NCBI GenBank assembly: GCA_010405405.1
Contig: MU004232.1
Coordinates: 1,197,481-1,261,480 of the forward strand
Reading direction: 5' to 3'
Length of the DNA stretch: 64,000 nucleotides
Origin: Microthyrium microscopicum
Taxonomy: Eukaryota
Each line of letters begins with the position of its first letter. The stretch's first letter is position 1. A model generated the notes under the pieces. That model did no database searches. It had not been told where the DNA came from and was given only the letters and a program-made list of their open reading frames with translations. Position numbers and translations under genes: made by a program. Shown here piece after piece: positions 48,779-60,505 of the stretch.

Positions 48779-51700
48779 CTAGTTCTTATTCGCCATCACA
48801 TCCACATAACGCCCACCGCGCTTCTTCGGCTTCGCGCCACTCGCATTACGTGTGCGCGGCCCTGGTGCGCCCAACAAGTCATCAATGTCACTAGCATTAC
48901 TCATACTCGTCGCTGGGCGTGAAGGTGGCCTACTAGGCGGACCGCCGCCGAGTGGAGGAGGGGTGTTGAGGCCGCCGACGGGCAGGGGCATGCTGGTGGT
49001 GCGGGCGCCGACTGGTGGTGCGAGGGGACCGCCCAGAGCAGTAGGTGGAGGAGCGGGTGGTTGCGCGAGGGAATTGGCGCTGGGAGGGCCGCTGGAGAGG
49101 GTGGGTGTGAGGTTGCGGGGAGGTGGTGGCGTGCCTCTCGGTGGTGGAGGAGTTGCAGACGGGCCTGGGGTGGTGGTTGCGCCGCCGGCTTTGTTGACCC
49201 ATTTGCCTAGGTCTGGGTCAAAGTAGAAGGAGGACTTTTCGCCGAGGTTGGCTTTGACGGGTTTCTTTTGGTCGCCTAGATCGCCGGATTGCTTCTTACC
49301 AAACCAGCCGCCAAGCCAGGAGGAGCGATTCGTTGGCGCGGAAGGACGGGCAGCTGTAGTTTGGGTTAGCTTGGGTGTACTAAATGATTGGAAGGGTTTC
49401 GTACCATCAGCAGCGGCAGCCTTGCGGAATGCTTCGTCTGCTGCTTGATCTGCTTTTGACTTGTTAGAATTCTTCAATGCAGCTGCTCGTGCGATAAGGT
49501 CATCATCATCGTCATCATCCATGAATGACTTCTTCTTGGCTTTATTGTCTTCGTCGTCTGCCTGTTGTAGTTCTTGGCCTTCTGATTGTTCAGGTTCAGG
49601 CTCATATGGCTGATAGCTGTAAGGCTGGTAGCCGGAAGACTCCTGTGACTGATTGGGCTGCTCGTAGCCTGGTGTTTGCGGCTCCTCATATGAAGGAACG
49701 TGCGACTCGTATGGTGAATGTGATTGTATTCCCGAATTTCCGCGCTGCGATTCATCTTGACGCATGTTCATTGGTTCGGAAGCTCCCAATTGCCCATACG
49801 AACTTTGTGGTGCATAAGGGGAAGTTGCTCCAGGGGCCTGAGACTGATATCCGTAGGAAGCAGAACCATTCGCATTGTCCATGGGCTGGGGCTGGTAGCC
49901 ATCGTACGATGACTGTGAAACAGGCTGTGGATGGTAAGGGCTCGCACTATGAGGCCTCGATAGTCCACTCCCATTTGTGGTTGGAACGCTGAGCCCGTTT
50001 GTGTTTGGTGTCTGCTGTGAGAGAGGAGGTAGGACAGGAAAACTGGCCACTCTTTTCGGTGACAAGGGATGTCCTTCTAGAGACCTGCGGCTATACCCAT
50101 CTTGTGAGCTTCGCGAGGACTCCAGAGAGCTTCTTGGTTGATACTGTCCGCCGGGCCCATAGGAGTTCTGGGTGGCGTGCTCATTGCCTCGCCTTGGCGC
50201 ATATGTATTACTTGGAGCATATCGGGAGTTGCTTGATATAGAAGGGACGGAAGCTGCACCTGATTGATAGGCACCATATAGATCAGCGACAGATGGTTCA
50301 GCTGATATAGGAGGAGTATCGCCAGCAAACCGTTTGAATTGGCCGTGTTCAGACGATGGTCTTGAATCATTCGGTGTATCTGTCTTGTCTTCTCCAACAA
50401 CGAAGCTGTTAAACTTGCCCCAGAGAGAACTGGATACCTTATCAATGCTTGGCTTCCAAGATGTTGATGAATCGACTGGAGCTTCCGAAAGACGTTTACT
50501 GAGAGTTTCCACAGACTGCATGAGAGCGACATTGTAATAGGGTGAAGCCTTAGTCTTTGAATGGATGTGAGAACTTATTGTTTCGCAATATTGTTGAGCG
50601 TCTGATCTCAAGCCATTTTCCGTGAGTACTTCGGCGTGATACAGTTTGTAAGCCTGTAAATGCGGTATTGGTGTGATCGGTGACGGGCTGATACTCAGCA
50701 CATATTCGTAGACTTCGCTGAGCAGAATGGCTTCCAAATCCCCACCAAAATCGGAGCCTAAAGCTGTCGGATCACCACCAACAAGTGAAAAGGTAGTCCG
50801 AGGATCATCAGCACCACCGAAGAATGCCTGTGAGCCTGCAAAGATGAAACAGATGTGTGCAGCCTCAAACCGACCATAGCTTGATAGAACTCTGCCAATG
50901 GCGATCAAGGCCTGACTATCGCCTGGGCTTCGATTGTTGAGAATCAGCAGTAGAGTCTCTCTCCATTTCTCTAGTCCAGCAAGGCCATCTTGTTGTGCTG
51001 AAGGAGCTGCCGCAGTGCTGACCATCTGGAACCCAGCTCGAGCAGACACAGAAACAAGCTCATCGATGCTTTCATCCCAATTTCCAGCAAAGACTTGGAA
51101 TAAGGCCGCAAGAGCCTTGTCGCGCACTTCCTTTCTTACAAACTCTTGGATCACTTGTTTCCAAATATCCTTATCTAGGGTAGAAGCAATCAACATCGCT
51201 GGTCCCCAGAGTCTTTGATCAACAGCATGCCAAACCGCCTTCTCTCCTTGTCCGTCCTTAAGATGAGATCTCAGGATGCCAAGTTCTTTGGGTGTTGGAG
51301 CATCGGGTAATATGGTTGCAGCAGATTCAAGAGCTGCCGTATCGGGCGGCATCGATGTGTCTTCTTGAATAGCAAGTAGACTTTTGACTGCATCTAGTGT
51401 TTCTGGTTTTCCGTCAAGGACCCCGTCATGCTCCACCAGCAAAGACAGAACTTTCCAGAGGATGATTCGTTCTTGAATACGAGCAAAGTCATTTGATCCA
51501 AGAGATGGCTGGATTTGCTGCGTACGCAACTCGCCTTCTGATCTTTCAACACCGCTCTTGAGCCAAACAAGCAGCTCCTTTTTCTTGTTCTTCTTCAAAG
51601 GACCAGGGAATTTGGAAAGCTGGTCCAAGGCCGGTGAGATAGTATTGATGTTGCGCACCTTGAACTCACCTCCACCGGTCTGCATCAGAGGCAATGCTTG

Positions 51701-54700
51701 GCCTGCAACGTATCGAGGAAGGTACGTTGGAAAAGCTGTGACGACGGTACCATGGCCACCCCATGTGAATACTGGATGGCCTCTCCATCTCTGCAACGGG
51801 TCGGACGCCCGTTCGTCCTGTGGTTGTATCATTTGTGAAGGATGAGGAATGTTGGGCTTAGGCGCGAGTGGAGAAAGATTTGAGCCCACCGATTGAACTG
51901 ACGGATATACCATGGGTCCGGCTCGACTCTTGGTAGGCGAAAGTGCCCCTTGAGCAGATGCCGGCCGATCCATTGAGGTGAGAATGGATTTGCTTGCCTT
52001 CAATACAGCTCCTGGGGAAGATGTTTGTGACCGCTTTGGAGGAGCAAAGCCTAGATCTGGTGGACTCGCGAGAGGGACGTAGTTATTGCGCTTCCTTGGA
52101 GACGATGTTAAGGACGAGAGTCCACTTCGGGGCGGTGGAGGTGTCATCTGTCTAGCAGCTTGTACTTGAGAAGGCACAGGAATCATTGCTTGCGGTATTT
52201 GTTGATTCGCAGGTGAATCATTTTCTTCGACAGTTTCAAGGGGAGATTGATTGACTGTTGCAGAGTAACGATTGAATGATGTCTCGCGATGATGAGGAGG
52301 TGCATGTTGATTGATGGGAGGATGAGAAGTGGGAGCTTCCGGTGAAACAATTGGTTGTAATGTCAGAGGACTTGACGTCCTTGGTGCATATGTTTGTAAC
52401 TGAGCTCTTGCGGCGCCCGGATCCGATGGGTGCCTTGTCTGCGTTGGCTTTAATGGAGGTGCCGGGGAATAGCGACTCGAGGATGACGGTGGAGCTACAG
52501 CTGGCACAGTTGCAGACCGAACGCTGCCTTGGTCATCCGCATAAGGAGCTAATCTTTCTGGAACACGTAATTCGGTCCCAAGAGAAGGCTGAGATGCCGT
52601 ATGCATAAGAGTGTGGCTAGTTGGAGGAGGAACTGCCGCTGGGATTTGGCTTTGGATCGGAGGCGGTTGTGTGTATGATGAGGTTCGTGGAGGTGCAGCA
52701 TATGACGAAGTAGTTGAAAGTGGTTGCGTTGGAAGGCTGGAGGGCACGTTATTAGGTGGGAATCCAACTGCAAGCCCAAAAGGAACATCTGATGGAATTC
52801 GATTTCCAAAAGAAGGTCCAGGCGGTGGTAAATTTGGTGTAGACGCTTGAGGGGTATATCTCCCAGATGGTGCAGGTCCACGCTGTCTAGGAACAACAGG
52901 CAAGTCTTCGAAGAAGCCTTGATTGGACTTGGCTGGCGATGCTTGCGTAGGAGCCGTTGGCTGCATAGAGTGTGAACTTTGTATACCAGGCACAGGAGGA
53001 GGTAAGCTGGTAGATCTAGGTGGCTCTTGAAATCCGGACGCTGGTCCTGGACTGTATGATCCCAGTTGTGGGGTTGCCGAAGGACGTGGTCGGGGTTTTG
53101 GTTTAACAAAGTCGTCTGGTAAATCATACGGCGAGTGGTAATTTCCTTGCAGCCTTACAGATGATTCTGCAGCACTATCTGTGGGCGTTGGTGGCTGTGG
53201 GACGGCTTGAAAAGAACTGGACAGTTGCTGGGGGTGGAAAGACATGGATCGAGCTGTTTGTAAAGTTGGAGCAGAAGATTGAATAGGCATATAAGACCTT
53301 GAGGAAGTGAGTGGTTGTCGAGTAGATCCTACAGGTTGAGCTGGAGCAGGTTGTGATGAAGGCTCTGCTGAAGCAGCAGCAGCAAAACCAGACAGGAACT
53401 CGTCGTCGTCGGCAAATGCATCATCCCATGACACTTCAGCTTCATTGCCTGCACTTCCAGTACTTGGCTGGGCATCATTTGCGTTTGTTGTTTTCAATTC
53501 CGTGAGGAAATCGTCGCCGCCCGTGCCTTCACCCCAGGCAAGCTCCTGATTTGTCTCTTCTGGGCCTCCCAGCATTGCCAAAGTGCCCGTAATTGTGGTA
53601 TCTACAGGTTCCACAAGTAATTCGTCATCACCAAAGGCATTATCCCATAGTGCAGACAAATCGGCTTGTGGCGGTGGATTGGGTTGTTCAGATGGTCCAT
53701 CCAAAGTTGCCACTGGATCCGAGGGTTGCGATGCAGCAGCTACTTGACTAAAGAAATCGTCTCCTGGGGCTTCAGCTGACTGAACCGGATGGTCAAAAAA
53801 TGACAGCTCTGGTTTTATGGATTGTGCTGCAACGGGTTCAGCCGAATTCGCGCCAAAATGCTCCTCCTGCAAGCTCTGATCGAAGAATCCAGCTTCAGCC
53901 TCTGCATTTGCTTGTTCTTCTAAGACGCCGGCTTGAGACAAATCGGGTTCATTTTGTTGTTCTGTCCCTAGGAATTCTTGACCTGGAACAATATCGTCCT
54001 TGGTTTGACCAATCTGATCAAAAAAGTCGTCACCAGAAGTGACATGATTCCTAGCTTCATCACTAGTATGCCAATCTGCAAACTGGTTCTCATTCTCTGT
54101 AGGCTGTTCGTCCACTTGCTTATCTCGAATGGAGTCTTGGAAGGGCTCCACCAGCTCGGCATCAATCGTAGTATTATGAGATTTGTCCTCGTCCGTATTG
54201 TGTACCACAGAGTTCAATTCCTTATGCGCGATAGGTTCCGGAGTATCCTCTATCGTAGATGTGTCCTTCGAGGCGAATTCTTGTCCATTTACTGCGAAAT
54301 TCATGTTCTCTGGGACACCTTCGAATTTCAACGCTGCATCTTCCACTTCTTCTTTGCCAGGAACGTGCGGTGACTGTGCGATTGCTGCAGGCTCTTGAAC
54401 AGGGTATGTAGGTTCCGTGTTAGAAGTGAAGATCTCGGGATCGTCTTTCGTCGCGGTCCATGCTGGCTTCTCGTTCTTATCGTTTGCGACGCGTTCAGGT
54501 ATCGAATCGGCGGCCGTTATACCTGCACCAGATCCTTTCAAGTCGGCAATTGGGTGAGGATCCTCGACCGTGTCTTCCGTGCCAGCCCACGCTGCATACT
54601 CATCGTCCTCGTCTGCTGCAGATTCATGTATTGCCTCGGGTGTCGAAAACTCCTCAATAGGATTTGTACGAGCAGGCTCGAGGCCTAAAAGAAAGGAAAC

Positions 54701-54817
54701 TCGAACGTCTGATTCGGTTGCCATTGCGCTGGAAGTGTGAGTTGTAGGACGAGGAGGCGCATCGTTCTGGGGTGGTGCTGGCTTGAGCAGCTCATCAAAG
54801 TCAATGTCGTCGGACAT
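48779..54817 (-). CDS. SEC16: COPII coat assembly protein Sec16
   Basis: Long acidic/Pro-rich N-terminus, central 'HPVFTWG..FPGPL..AVWHAVDQRLWGPAMLIAS..WRETL', C-terminal 'KANLGEKSSFYFDPDLGKWVNK..RYVDVM'. Probable 51-nt intron 49404-49354. Confidence 0.95.
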   Translation of the reverse strand: MSDDIDFDELLKPAPPQNDAPPRPTTHTSSAMATESDVRVSFLLGLEPARTNPIEEFSTPEAIHESAADEDDEYAAWAGTEDTVEDPHPIADLKGSGAGITAADSIPERVANDKNEKPAWTATKDDPEIFTSNTEPTYPVQEPAAIAQSPHVPGKEEVEDAALKFEGVPENMNFAVNGQEFASKDTSTIEDTPEPIAHKELNSVVHNTDEDKSHNTTIDAELVEPFQDSIRDKQVDEQPTENENQFADWHTSDEARNHVTSGDDFFDQIGQTKDDIVPGQEFLGTEQQNEPDLSQAGVLEEQANAEAEAGFFDQSLQEEHFGANSAEPVAAQSIKPELSFFDHPVQSAEAPGDDFFSQVAAASQPSDPVATLDGPSEQPNPPPQADLSALWDNAFGDDELLVEPVDTTITGTLAMLGGPEETNQELAWGEGTGGDDFLTELKTTNANDAQPSTGSAGNEAEVSWDDAFADDDEFLSGFAAAASAEPSSQPAPAQPVGSTRQPLTSSRSYMPIQSSAPTLQTARSMSFHPQQLSSSFQAVPQPPTPTDSAAESSVRLQGNYHSPYDLPDDFVKPKPRPRPSATPQLGSYSPGPASGFQEPPRSTSLPPPVPGIQSSHSMQPTAPTQASPAKSNQGFFEDLPVVPRQRGPAPSGRYTPQASTPNLPPPGPSFGNRIPSDVPFGLAVGFPPNNVPSSLPTQPLSTTSSYAAPPRTSSYTQPPPIQSQIPAAVPPPTSHTLMHTASQPSLGTELRVPERLAPYADDQGSVRSATVPAVAPPSSSSRYSPAPPLKPTQTRHPSDPGAARAQLQTYAPRTSSPLTLQPIVSPEAPTSHPPINQHAPPHHRETSFNRYSATVNQSPLETVEENDSPANQQIPQAMIPVPSQVQAARQMTPPPPRSGLSSLTSSPRKRNNYVPLASPPDLGFAPPKRSQTSSPGAVLKASKSILTSMDRPASAQGALSPTKSRAGPMVYPSVQSVGSNLSPLAPKPNIPHPSQMIQPQDERASDPLQRWRGHPVFTWGGHGTVVTAFPTYLPRYVAGQALPLMQTGGGEFKVRNINTISPALDQLSKFPGPLKKNKKKELLVWLKSGVERSEGELRTQQIQPSLGSNDFARIQERIILWKVLSLLVEHDGVLDGKPETLDAVKSLLAIQEDTSMPPDTAALESAATILPDAPTPKELGILRSHLKDGQGEKAVWHAVDQRLWGPAMLIASTLDKDIWKQVIQEFVRKEVRDKALAALFQVFAGNWDESIDELVSVSARAGFQMVSTAAAPSAQQDGLAGLEKWRETLLLILNNRSPGDSQALIAIGRVLSSYGRFEAAHICFIFAGSQAFFGGADDPRTTFSLVGGDPTALGSDFGGDLEAILLSEVYEYVLSISPSPITPIPHLQAYKLYHAEVLTENGLRSDAQQYCETISSHIHSKTKASPYYNVALMQSVETLSKRLSEAPVDSSTSWKPSIDKVSSSLWGKFNSFVVGEDKTDTPNDSRPSSEHGQFKRFAGDTPPISAEPSVADLYGAYQSGAASVPSISSNSRYAPSNTYAPRRGNEHATQNSYGPGGQYQPRSSLESSRSSQDGYSRRSLEGHPLSPKRVASFPVLPPLSQQTPNTNGLSVPTTNGSGLSRPHSASPYHPQPVSQSSYDGYQPQPMDNANGSASYGYQSQAPGATSPYAPQSSYGQLGASEPMNMRQDESQRGNSGIQSHSPYESHVPSYEEPQTPGYEQPNQSQESSGYQPYSYQPYEPEPEQSEGQELQQADDEDNKAKKKSFMDDDDDDDLIARAAALKNSNKSKADQAADEAFRKAAAADGTKPFQSFSTPKLTQTTAARPSAPTNRSSWLGGWFGKKQSGDLGDQKKPVKANLGEKSSFYFDPDLGKWVNKAGGATTTPGPSATPPPPRGTPPPPRNLTPTLSSGPPSANSLAQPPAPPPTALGGPLAPPVGARTTSMPLPVGGLNTPPPLGGGPPSRPPSRPATSMSNASDIDDLLGAPGPRTRNASGAKPKKRGGRYVDVMANKN

Positions 54818-55533
54818 GTCCCGAGTTCGTTAAGTGGCGCAGACGTGTGATAGGAAGGCGCAGGAGTATATGATGGAAAGAGATGTGATGATTTGTAGGT
54901 TAAAGCATGCTCGTAAAGTTTGGTAGGTGAGAGCGACTACGGGTGAGATTAGCTATGCGCGACCATGGACCTGGCGAAAGATACATGCAAGAAGTAGCAG
55001 CGCTCAATGGGAGAATATGGCCAGGAGATGAAGATAGGGTAGATGGCAGATAGAAGGAAGAGGTTCTGCAAAGGGGTGAGATAGGACAAGATGGATGGTG
55101 GTTTGTGGAGTGGTTGGTCAACGATATGCCAATGTTAACTTTCTTGATGCAGAAGACGGGAAGGCGCAAGAGCCACGGGTCCCTTTGCCCTTTCCATTCA
55201 AGCCACTCAACCACTCATTCGTTCCTGCCATGTGAATGAACCACCAAAACCCTGTCTCTTAACATTTGGTGAGACTGCTTTAGGCAATCACCTATTATTT
55301 ATATAATAATCTCCGCTCCACCCCATCCTCCGCCAATTCCTACATAACAATAACTCCGCGTATACCAACACCTAGCTACCGTCTTGAAGCTACAGAGAGG
55401 CCGTTTGCTTAGCTACCCATTCCCGCAGATCCCATCCGAATCCTAGTCGCACCAACTGTACCAACTATCTGTCAACCACCACGCGCATCGCCTCCTCATT
55501 CCACTACCAACCTTCACTCCTCACTCATGAAGC

Positions 55534-58500
55534 ATGTCGATACCCCATCAATACCATCAGCCGAACGCTCCCGACCCTTCCGATGATGACTCCGAGTCTG
55601 ATCTTGAATTAGATCTGAACGAATTAGGACCATCCCCTCCTGGCCGTCCCTCTGCCAGACAACCCTCCTCCAGCAGTTATGATTTTTCTAGACGAATACC
55701 TCTCCGAAACATCCGCCAGGGAAGGAGACGAAGGCACAGTGAAGATGTCAAAGATGATGGAGAGGACACACTAGGTTTATTGGAGGAAGGTCCCGACTCC
55801 AAGTTTGATTCGGATGAGAGTGGTTTCGGTCGTGGTGATGATGCGCCCCTACTCAGAGGACGGTCGCAAGGTGGCCAGAAAGACTTGCGTCAGCCCAGTG
55901 GTCTTGCGAGACTCGCAGGACTTCTTTCTTCGAATACTGCTGGCCCAGAGGGATCAGATGAACCAGATCAGGAGCACGACCCGTCTTCCAATCGCACTAT
56001 TCTAGTTGGCCACCGGCAACCCAAGAAGTTCCCAGTCAACGCCGTTTCCAACTCAAGATACACAGCGTACGATTTCATACCACGGACGCTGTACAATGAA
56101 TTCAAATTCTTCATCAATCTGTACTTTCTCTTTGTTGCCCTCTCACAGCTTATCCCAGCTCTCCGGATAGGATACCTTTACTCTTACATTATGCCACTAT
56201 CGGTTGTTCTGGCAATAACTTTAGGGAAAGAAGCTTGGGACGATATTACGAGGAGGCGAAGAGACGCGGAAGCCAATTCAGAGCCATATACTATCTTAAA
56301 ATTCGACGCGACGGACCCAAGTGGGAAGGCGTTAAGGATGAGGATGAAGGGCAAGATGAAGGCTGCAACCAACGGATTAGCACCTCAGACAAATGGAGCT
56401 GGATTGAAGCATCGCCTGTCACAAAATCAGCTCCCAGAAGGCGTCTATGAAGTCACACGGCCGGCCAAAGATATCAAAGTTGGTGACATTATTAAGCTCA
56501 CCAAAAATCAAAGAGTTCCAGCAGATTTGGTTATACTTCAATCTCTATCTGCAGATTCTCAGAGTTTGGATGCTTTAGTAGAGGAGCAGGATACTTCTGG
56601 AGAAGCATTCATTCGTACAGATCAACTGGACGGTGAGACGGATTGGAAATTAAGACTGGCTTCCGCTTTGACACAGAGACTTCCAGTCAACGACTTTACG
56701 AATCTCAAAATAATAGCAGGGAAACCAGATCGGAAAGTCAACGATTTCGTGGGCACGATAGAATTGCCGCCTTCAGACGACCCTGCAGATCCAAATGATC
56801 AAATAAAATCATCACCGTTAAGCGTCGATAACACTGCTTGGGCAAATACTGTGGTTGCTTCAAGCTGCACATTATACGGTGCAGTCATCTACACCGGATC
56901 TCAAACACGACAGGCCATGTCAACTACCCAATCTCGAGCTAAGGTAGGCCTACTCGAACTTGAAATAAACAATTTCACCAAAATACTCTGCATTCTGAGT
57001 CTTTCGATTTCTCTGATCCTTGTCGTTTTGGGACGAATTGAAAATGGAGAAGAAAGAGCTTGGTACATCTCGGCCCTTCGATTTCTTATTTTGTTCTCAA
57101 CTGTCATCCCTATAAGCTTGAGAGTAAATCTTGACATGGGCAAAATCGTATACGCTTGGTATATTGAGCATGACAAGAATATACCGGAGACGGTCGTTCG
57201 AACAAGCACAATTCCAGAAGATTTGGGACGTATCGAGTACCTCCTCAGCGACAAAACGGGTACTCTTACCCAAAATGGTAGGTCTCTTGCAGTTATCTCG
57301 CCTACAATGCTAATGTTTTTAGAAATGGAACTGAAAAAGGTACACGTTGGAACCGTTTCATATGCAAATGAAGCTATGGACGAAGTTGCATCGTATGTCA
57401 AACAGGCTTTTGTGCACTCAACCGGGGCTGATGGGCAAACCACACAATCTCTCATTACACCCTCCTCAACCTTCCACGTACCCGCTGCTTCTGCCACAAG
57501 GACGCGACGAGAGATCGGAACTCGAGTGAGAGATCTTGTGCTTGCTCTTGCTCTATGTCACAACGTCACTCCAACTACCGAAGAAGACGAAGATGGCAAA
57601 GTCGAGACCTCATATCAGGCCTCATCACCTGACGAAATTGCCATTGTACGCTGGACCGAAGCTGTTGGCCTCAAACTCATACAACGAGATCGAACCAACA
57701 TAGTCTTACAATCATCGTTTAATGACCAAGTTGTTGTCAGAGTCAAGATTCTCAACATTTTCCCATTCACATCGGAAGGCAAACGTATGGGAGTTGTGGT
57801 CAAATTTGGCGCTACCGACACTCCATTGACAAACGAGATTGACGATAATGCTGAGTTATGGTTTTACCAGAAAGGGGCTGATACTGTCATGTCCAATATT
57901 GTCATGGCCAGCGATTGGCTTGATGAGGAAACCGATAACATGGCGCGGGAAGGCCTAAGAACGCTTGTTGTTGGCCGCAAAAAGCTTTCGCCTGCTCACT
58001 ATCGAGAATTTTCACAACAGTATACCCAAGCATCAATGTCACTACAGGGCCGTGACGTTGCTTTGGCTGATGTCGTCAAAAACTATTTAGAGAAGGATTT
58101 GGAGCTTCTTGGCATCACAGGCGTGGAAGACAAACTTCAGCAAGACGTCAAGGAGAGTCTTGAACTCCTACGAAATGCTGGCATCAAGATTTGGATGCTG
58201 ACAGGCGATAAAGTAGAGACTGCCAGATGTGTTGCCACAAGCTCAAAGTTGGTATATCGAGGGCAGTATGTGCATACTATCTCAAAAGTCAAGAGAAAGG
58301 ATGCCGCACTCGAGTCTCTACAAGCTGTTGCCAACAACCCAACTGCGGCCCTTCTGATTGATGGCGAATCCTTGGCTGTCATGCTCATCCATCACTCTCA
58401 ACACTTTGTCACCATCGCTGCCCGCCTCCCCGTGGTTATCGCTTGCCGTGTCTCCCCAATCCAAAAAGCTGAGCTCGCCAACCTCATCAAAGCCTACTCC

Positions 58501-59331
58501 GGCAAACGTATCTGCTGTATCGGCGATGGCGGCAACGACGTCAGCATGATCCAAGCCGCCGACGTTGGTGTAGGCATCGTCGGCAAAGAGGGCAAACAGG
58601 CCTCCCTCGCAGCCGACTTTTCCATCCTACAATTCCGCTACCTCACCAAACTCCTCGTCTGGCATGGCCGCAACAGCTATAAACGTAGCGCCAAACTCGC
58701 CCAATTCGTCATCCATCGTGGTGTCATCATGAGCGTATGCCAAGTAATGTTCAGCATTGCCAGCCGCTTCGAGCCCAACGCTCTATACCGTGACTGGCTG
58801 ATGATCGGCTACGCAACCCTCTACACCTTCGCGCCAGTCTTCAGTTTGGTGCTAGACCGCGATGTAGACGAGCGTCTAAGCACACTGTACCCAGAACTCT
58901 ACAAAGAACTAACACAAGGCCACTCCCTAAGCTACCGCACCTTTGCCATCTGGCTTGGCATCTCCATCTACCAAGGATGTATCATCCAAGGTCTATCCGA
59001 ACTTCTCATCAAAGATTCACTAACCACTGGCTTCGACTGTATGGTAGCTGTCAGCTACACCTCCCTTATCCTGAACGAGCTCATCATGGTGGCGGTGGAA
59101 ATTACTACGTGGCACTGGATCATGGCGGTGGTGATTGTGGTTACTGCGGCTACGTATATCGGCAGTTTACCCTTGCTGGGCGGGTATATGCAGTTGAGTT
59201 TTTTGATCAAGCCGGGCTTCTTTTGGCGGGTTGTTGTGGTTTTGGCGGTTAGTGTTGGGCCGATTTATGCGGCGAAGGTTATTAGTAGGCGGGTTAGGCC
59301 ACCGACGTATCGGAAGGTTATGCATGTTTGA
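55534..59331 (+). CDS. NEO1: P4-type ATPase phospholipid flippase Neo1
   Basis: FIRTDQLDGETDWKLR, PISLRVNLD, DKTGTLTQN, YQASSPDE, WMLTGDK, IGDGGNDVSMIQ. Intron 57278-57322. Confidence 0.96.
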   Translation: MSIPHQYHQPNAPDPSDDDSESDLELDLNELGPSPPGRPSARQPSSSSYDFSRRIPLRNIRQGRRRRHSEDVKDDGEDTLGLLEEGPDSKFDSDESGFGRGDDAPLLRGRSQGGQKDLRQPSGLARLAGLLSSNTAGPEGSDEPDQEHDPSSNRTILVGHRQPKKFPVNAVSNSRYTAYDFIPRTLYNEFKFFINLYFLFVALSQLIPALRIGYLYSYIMPLSVVLAITLGKEAWDDITRRRRDAEANSEPYTILKFDATDPSGKALRMRMKGKMKAATNGLAPQTNGAGLKHRLSQNQLPEGVYEVTRPAKDIKVGDIIKLTKNQRVPADLVILQSLSADSQSLDALVEEQDTSGEAFIRTDQLDGETDWKLRLASALTQRLPVNDFTNLKIIAGKPDRKVNDFVGTIELPPSDDPADPNDQIKSSPLSVDNTAWANTVVASSCTLYGAVIYTGSQTRQAMSTTQSRAKVGLLELEINNFTKILCILSLSISLILVVLGRIENGEERAWYISALRFLILFSTVIPISLRVNLDMGKIVYAWYIEHDKNIPETVVRTSTIPEDLGRIEYLLSDKTGTLTQNGRSLAVISPTMLMFLEMELKKVHVGTVSYANEAMDEVASYVKQAFVHSTGADGQTTQSLITPSSTFHVPAASATRTRREIGTRVRDLVLALALCHNVTPTTEEDEDGKVETSYQASSPDEIAIVRWTEAVGLKLIQRDRTNIVLQSSFNDQVVVRVKILNIFPFTSEGKRMGVVVKFGATDTPLTNEIDDNAELWFYQKGADTVMSNIVMASDWLDEETDNMAREGLRTLVVGRKKLSPAHYREFSQQYTQASMSLQGRDVALADVVKNYLEKDLELLGITGVEDKLQQDVKESLELLRNAGIKIWMLTGDKVETARCVATSSKLVYRGQYVHTISKVKRKDAALESLQAVANNPTAALLIDGESLAVMLIHHSQHFVTIAARLPVVIACRVSPIQKAELANLIKAYSGKRICCIGDGGNDVSMIQAADVGVGIVGKEGKQASLAADFSILQFRYLTKLLVWHGRNSYKRSAKLAQFVIHRGVIMSVCQVMFSIASRFEPNALYRDWLMIGYATLYTFAPVFSLVLDRDVDERLSTLYPELYKELTQGHSLSYRTFAIWLGISIYQGCIIQGLSELLIKDSLTTGFDCMVAVSYTSLILNELIMVAVEITTWHWIMAVVIVVTAATYIGSLPLLGGYMQLSFLIKPGFFWRVVVVLAVSVGPIYAAKVISRRVRPPTYRKVMHV

Positions 59332-60271
59332 GTATCTTCAATGTAGTTTAGCGAGTTTTTTGGTTAGCGATCGGTCAAGAATTATCACTTTTGGTTCATT
59401 GTCAACGTCAATTTATACTCGTGCTTCTCCCATCACCCCTGATGGCCAATGGCGAATTCGATAAAGATCGTGTGCTCTTTGGCCCACCGCACTTTCGAAG
59501 TCTATATTAACTAAAATTCAGAGCTTCACAAATAGCTGATTCCTCCTTTGACTCCGACAGTTAGTAGCGCCCCCGATAAAGACCGTGAATCATGCTTCCC
59601 GTCGCGCTCAATAAGTGATTGTTCACTCTACAACCGCTACTACAATGACAAGAGTACGATCATTTGTCCACCACTGCCCTGGTCCTACTAGTCTCGGTCA
59701 CAATCACATCTGAACACGTAGTTCCCCTATGGTGAGCGATACTAGTACAAGTTGTACCCGTGTGACGACAACAACGGGAAGATATACCAATACAAACAAG
59801 TAACTTCTCAAATGCAATTCATGCATTTCTTCCAATACAACCTGCTATCACTACTCACGGCCAATATGAAGGGCAATCTCGTCGTCCTTCTCATCATCTC
59901 TTTGATCACGGTAGCTGCAGCCGTCTTGTTTTACTACTGCTGCAAATGGCAGAGAGGAGGGAAGAAAAAGGGCACGATGACGGAAAGCGATTCCAGCACA
60001 ATCATGTAAATTGTTGAACGGAAGTTGTCTATACCTCAGCTTACAGATAGTGTACAGCTATAACGCCTAGAAGGCGGATCGGTTATAGTTCTCAACTTCC
60101 TGTTGTTCCTCGCAACGCTTAATATCAAATACATCGAAGCGGGCACGACAAACTCAAAGAGGCTGACGCACTTTACATTTCAACGGCAGATGGCGAGGAT
60201 AAGACAATTTTTCTCACGTCACTAGCGATAAATCAGCAGACCGGACTGTCGGTTAGGTGTAATCGAGATGG

Positions 60272-60505
60272 CTCTTCAGAGACAAAATAAGTGAGCCATT
60301 TGGATGGAGTTCCCATCGAATACGATGGCTGTCATAACACTCCTCAAAGAGCAAATGCTTAAATCCCCTTAGCAGGCGATAAAGGTACATTACATTATTG
60401 AATACGATGGTATTTAAGCGGTTACTTTTTAAGAAGTGTTATGCGAGCCATCGTGATCGATAGGAATATTCGTCTAAACGGCTCACTTGTTTTGTCCCCG
60501 AAAAG
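60272..60505. mobile_element. MITE family C copy 2
   Basis: Same TIRs as 31515-31750 (CTCTTCAGAGACAAAATAAGTGAGCC / GGCTCACTTGTTTTGTCCCCGAAAAG). Flanks are GATGG and AATGG. Confidence 0.85.
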
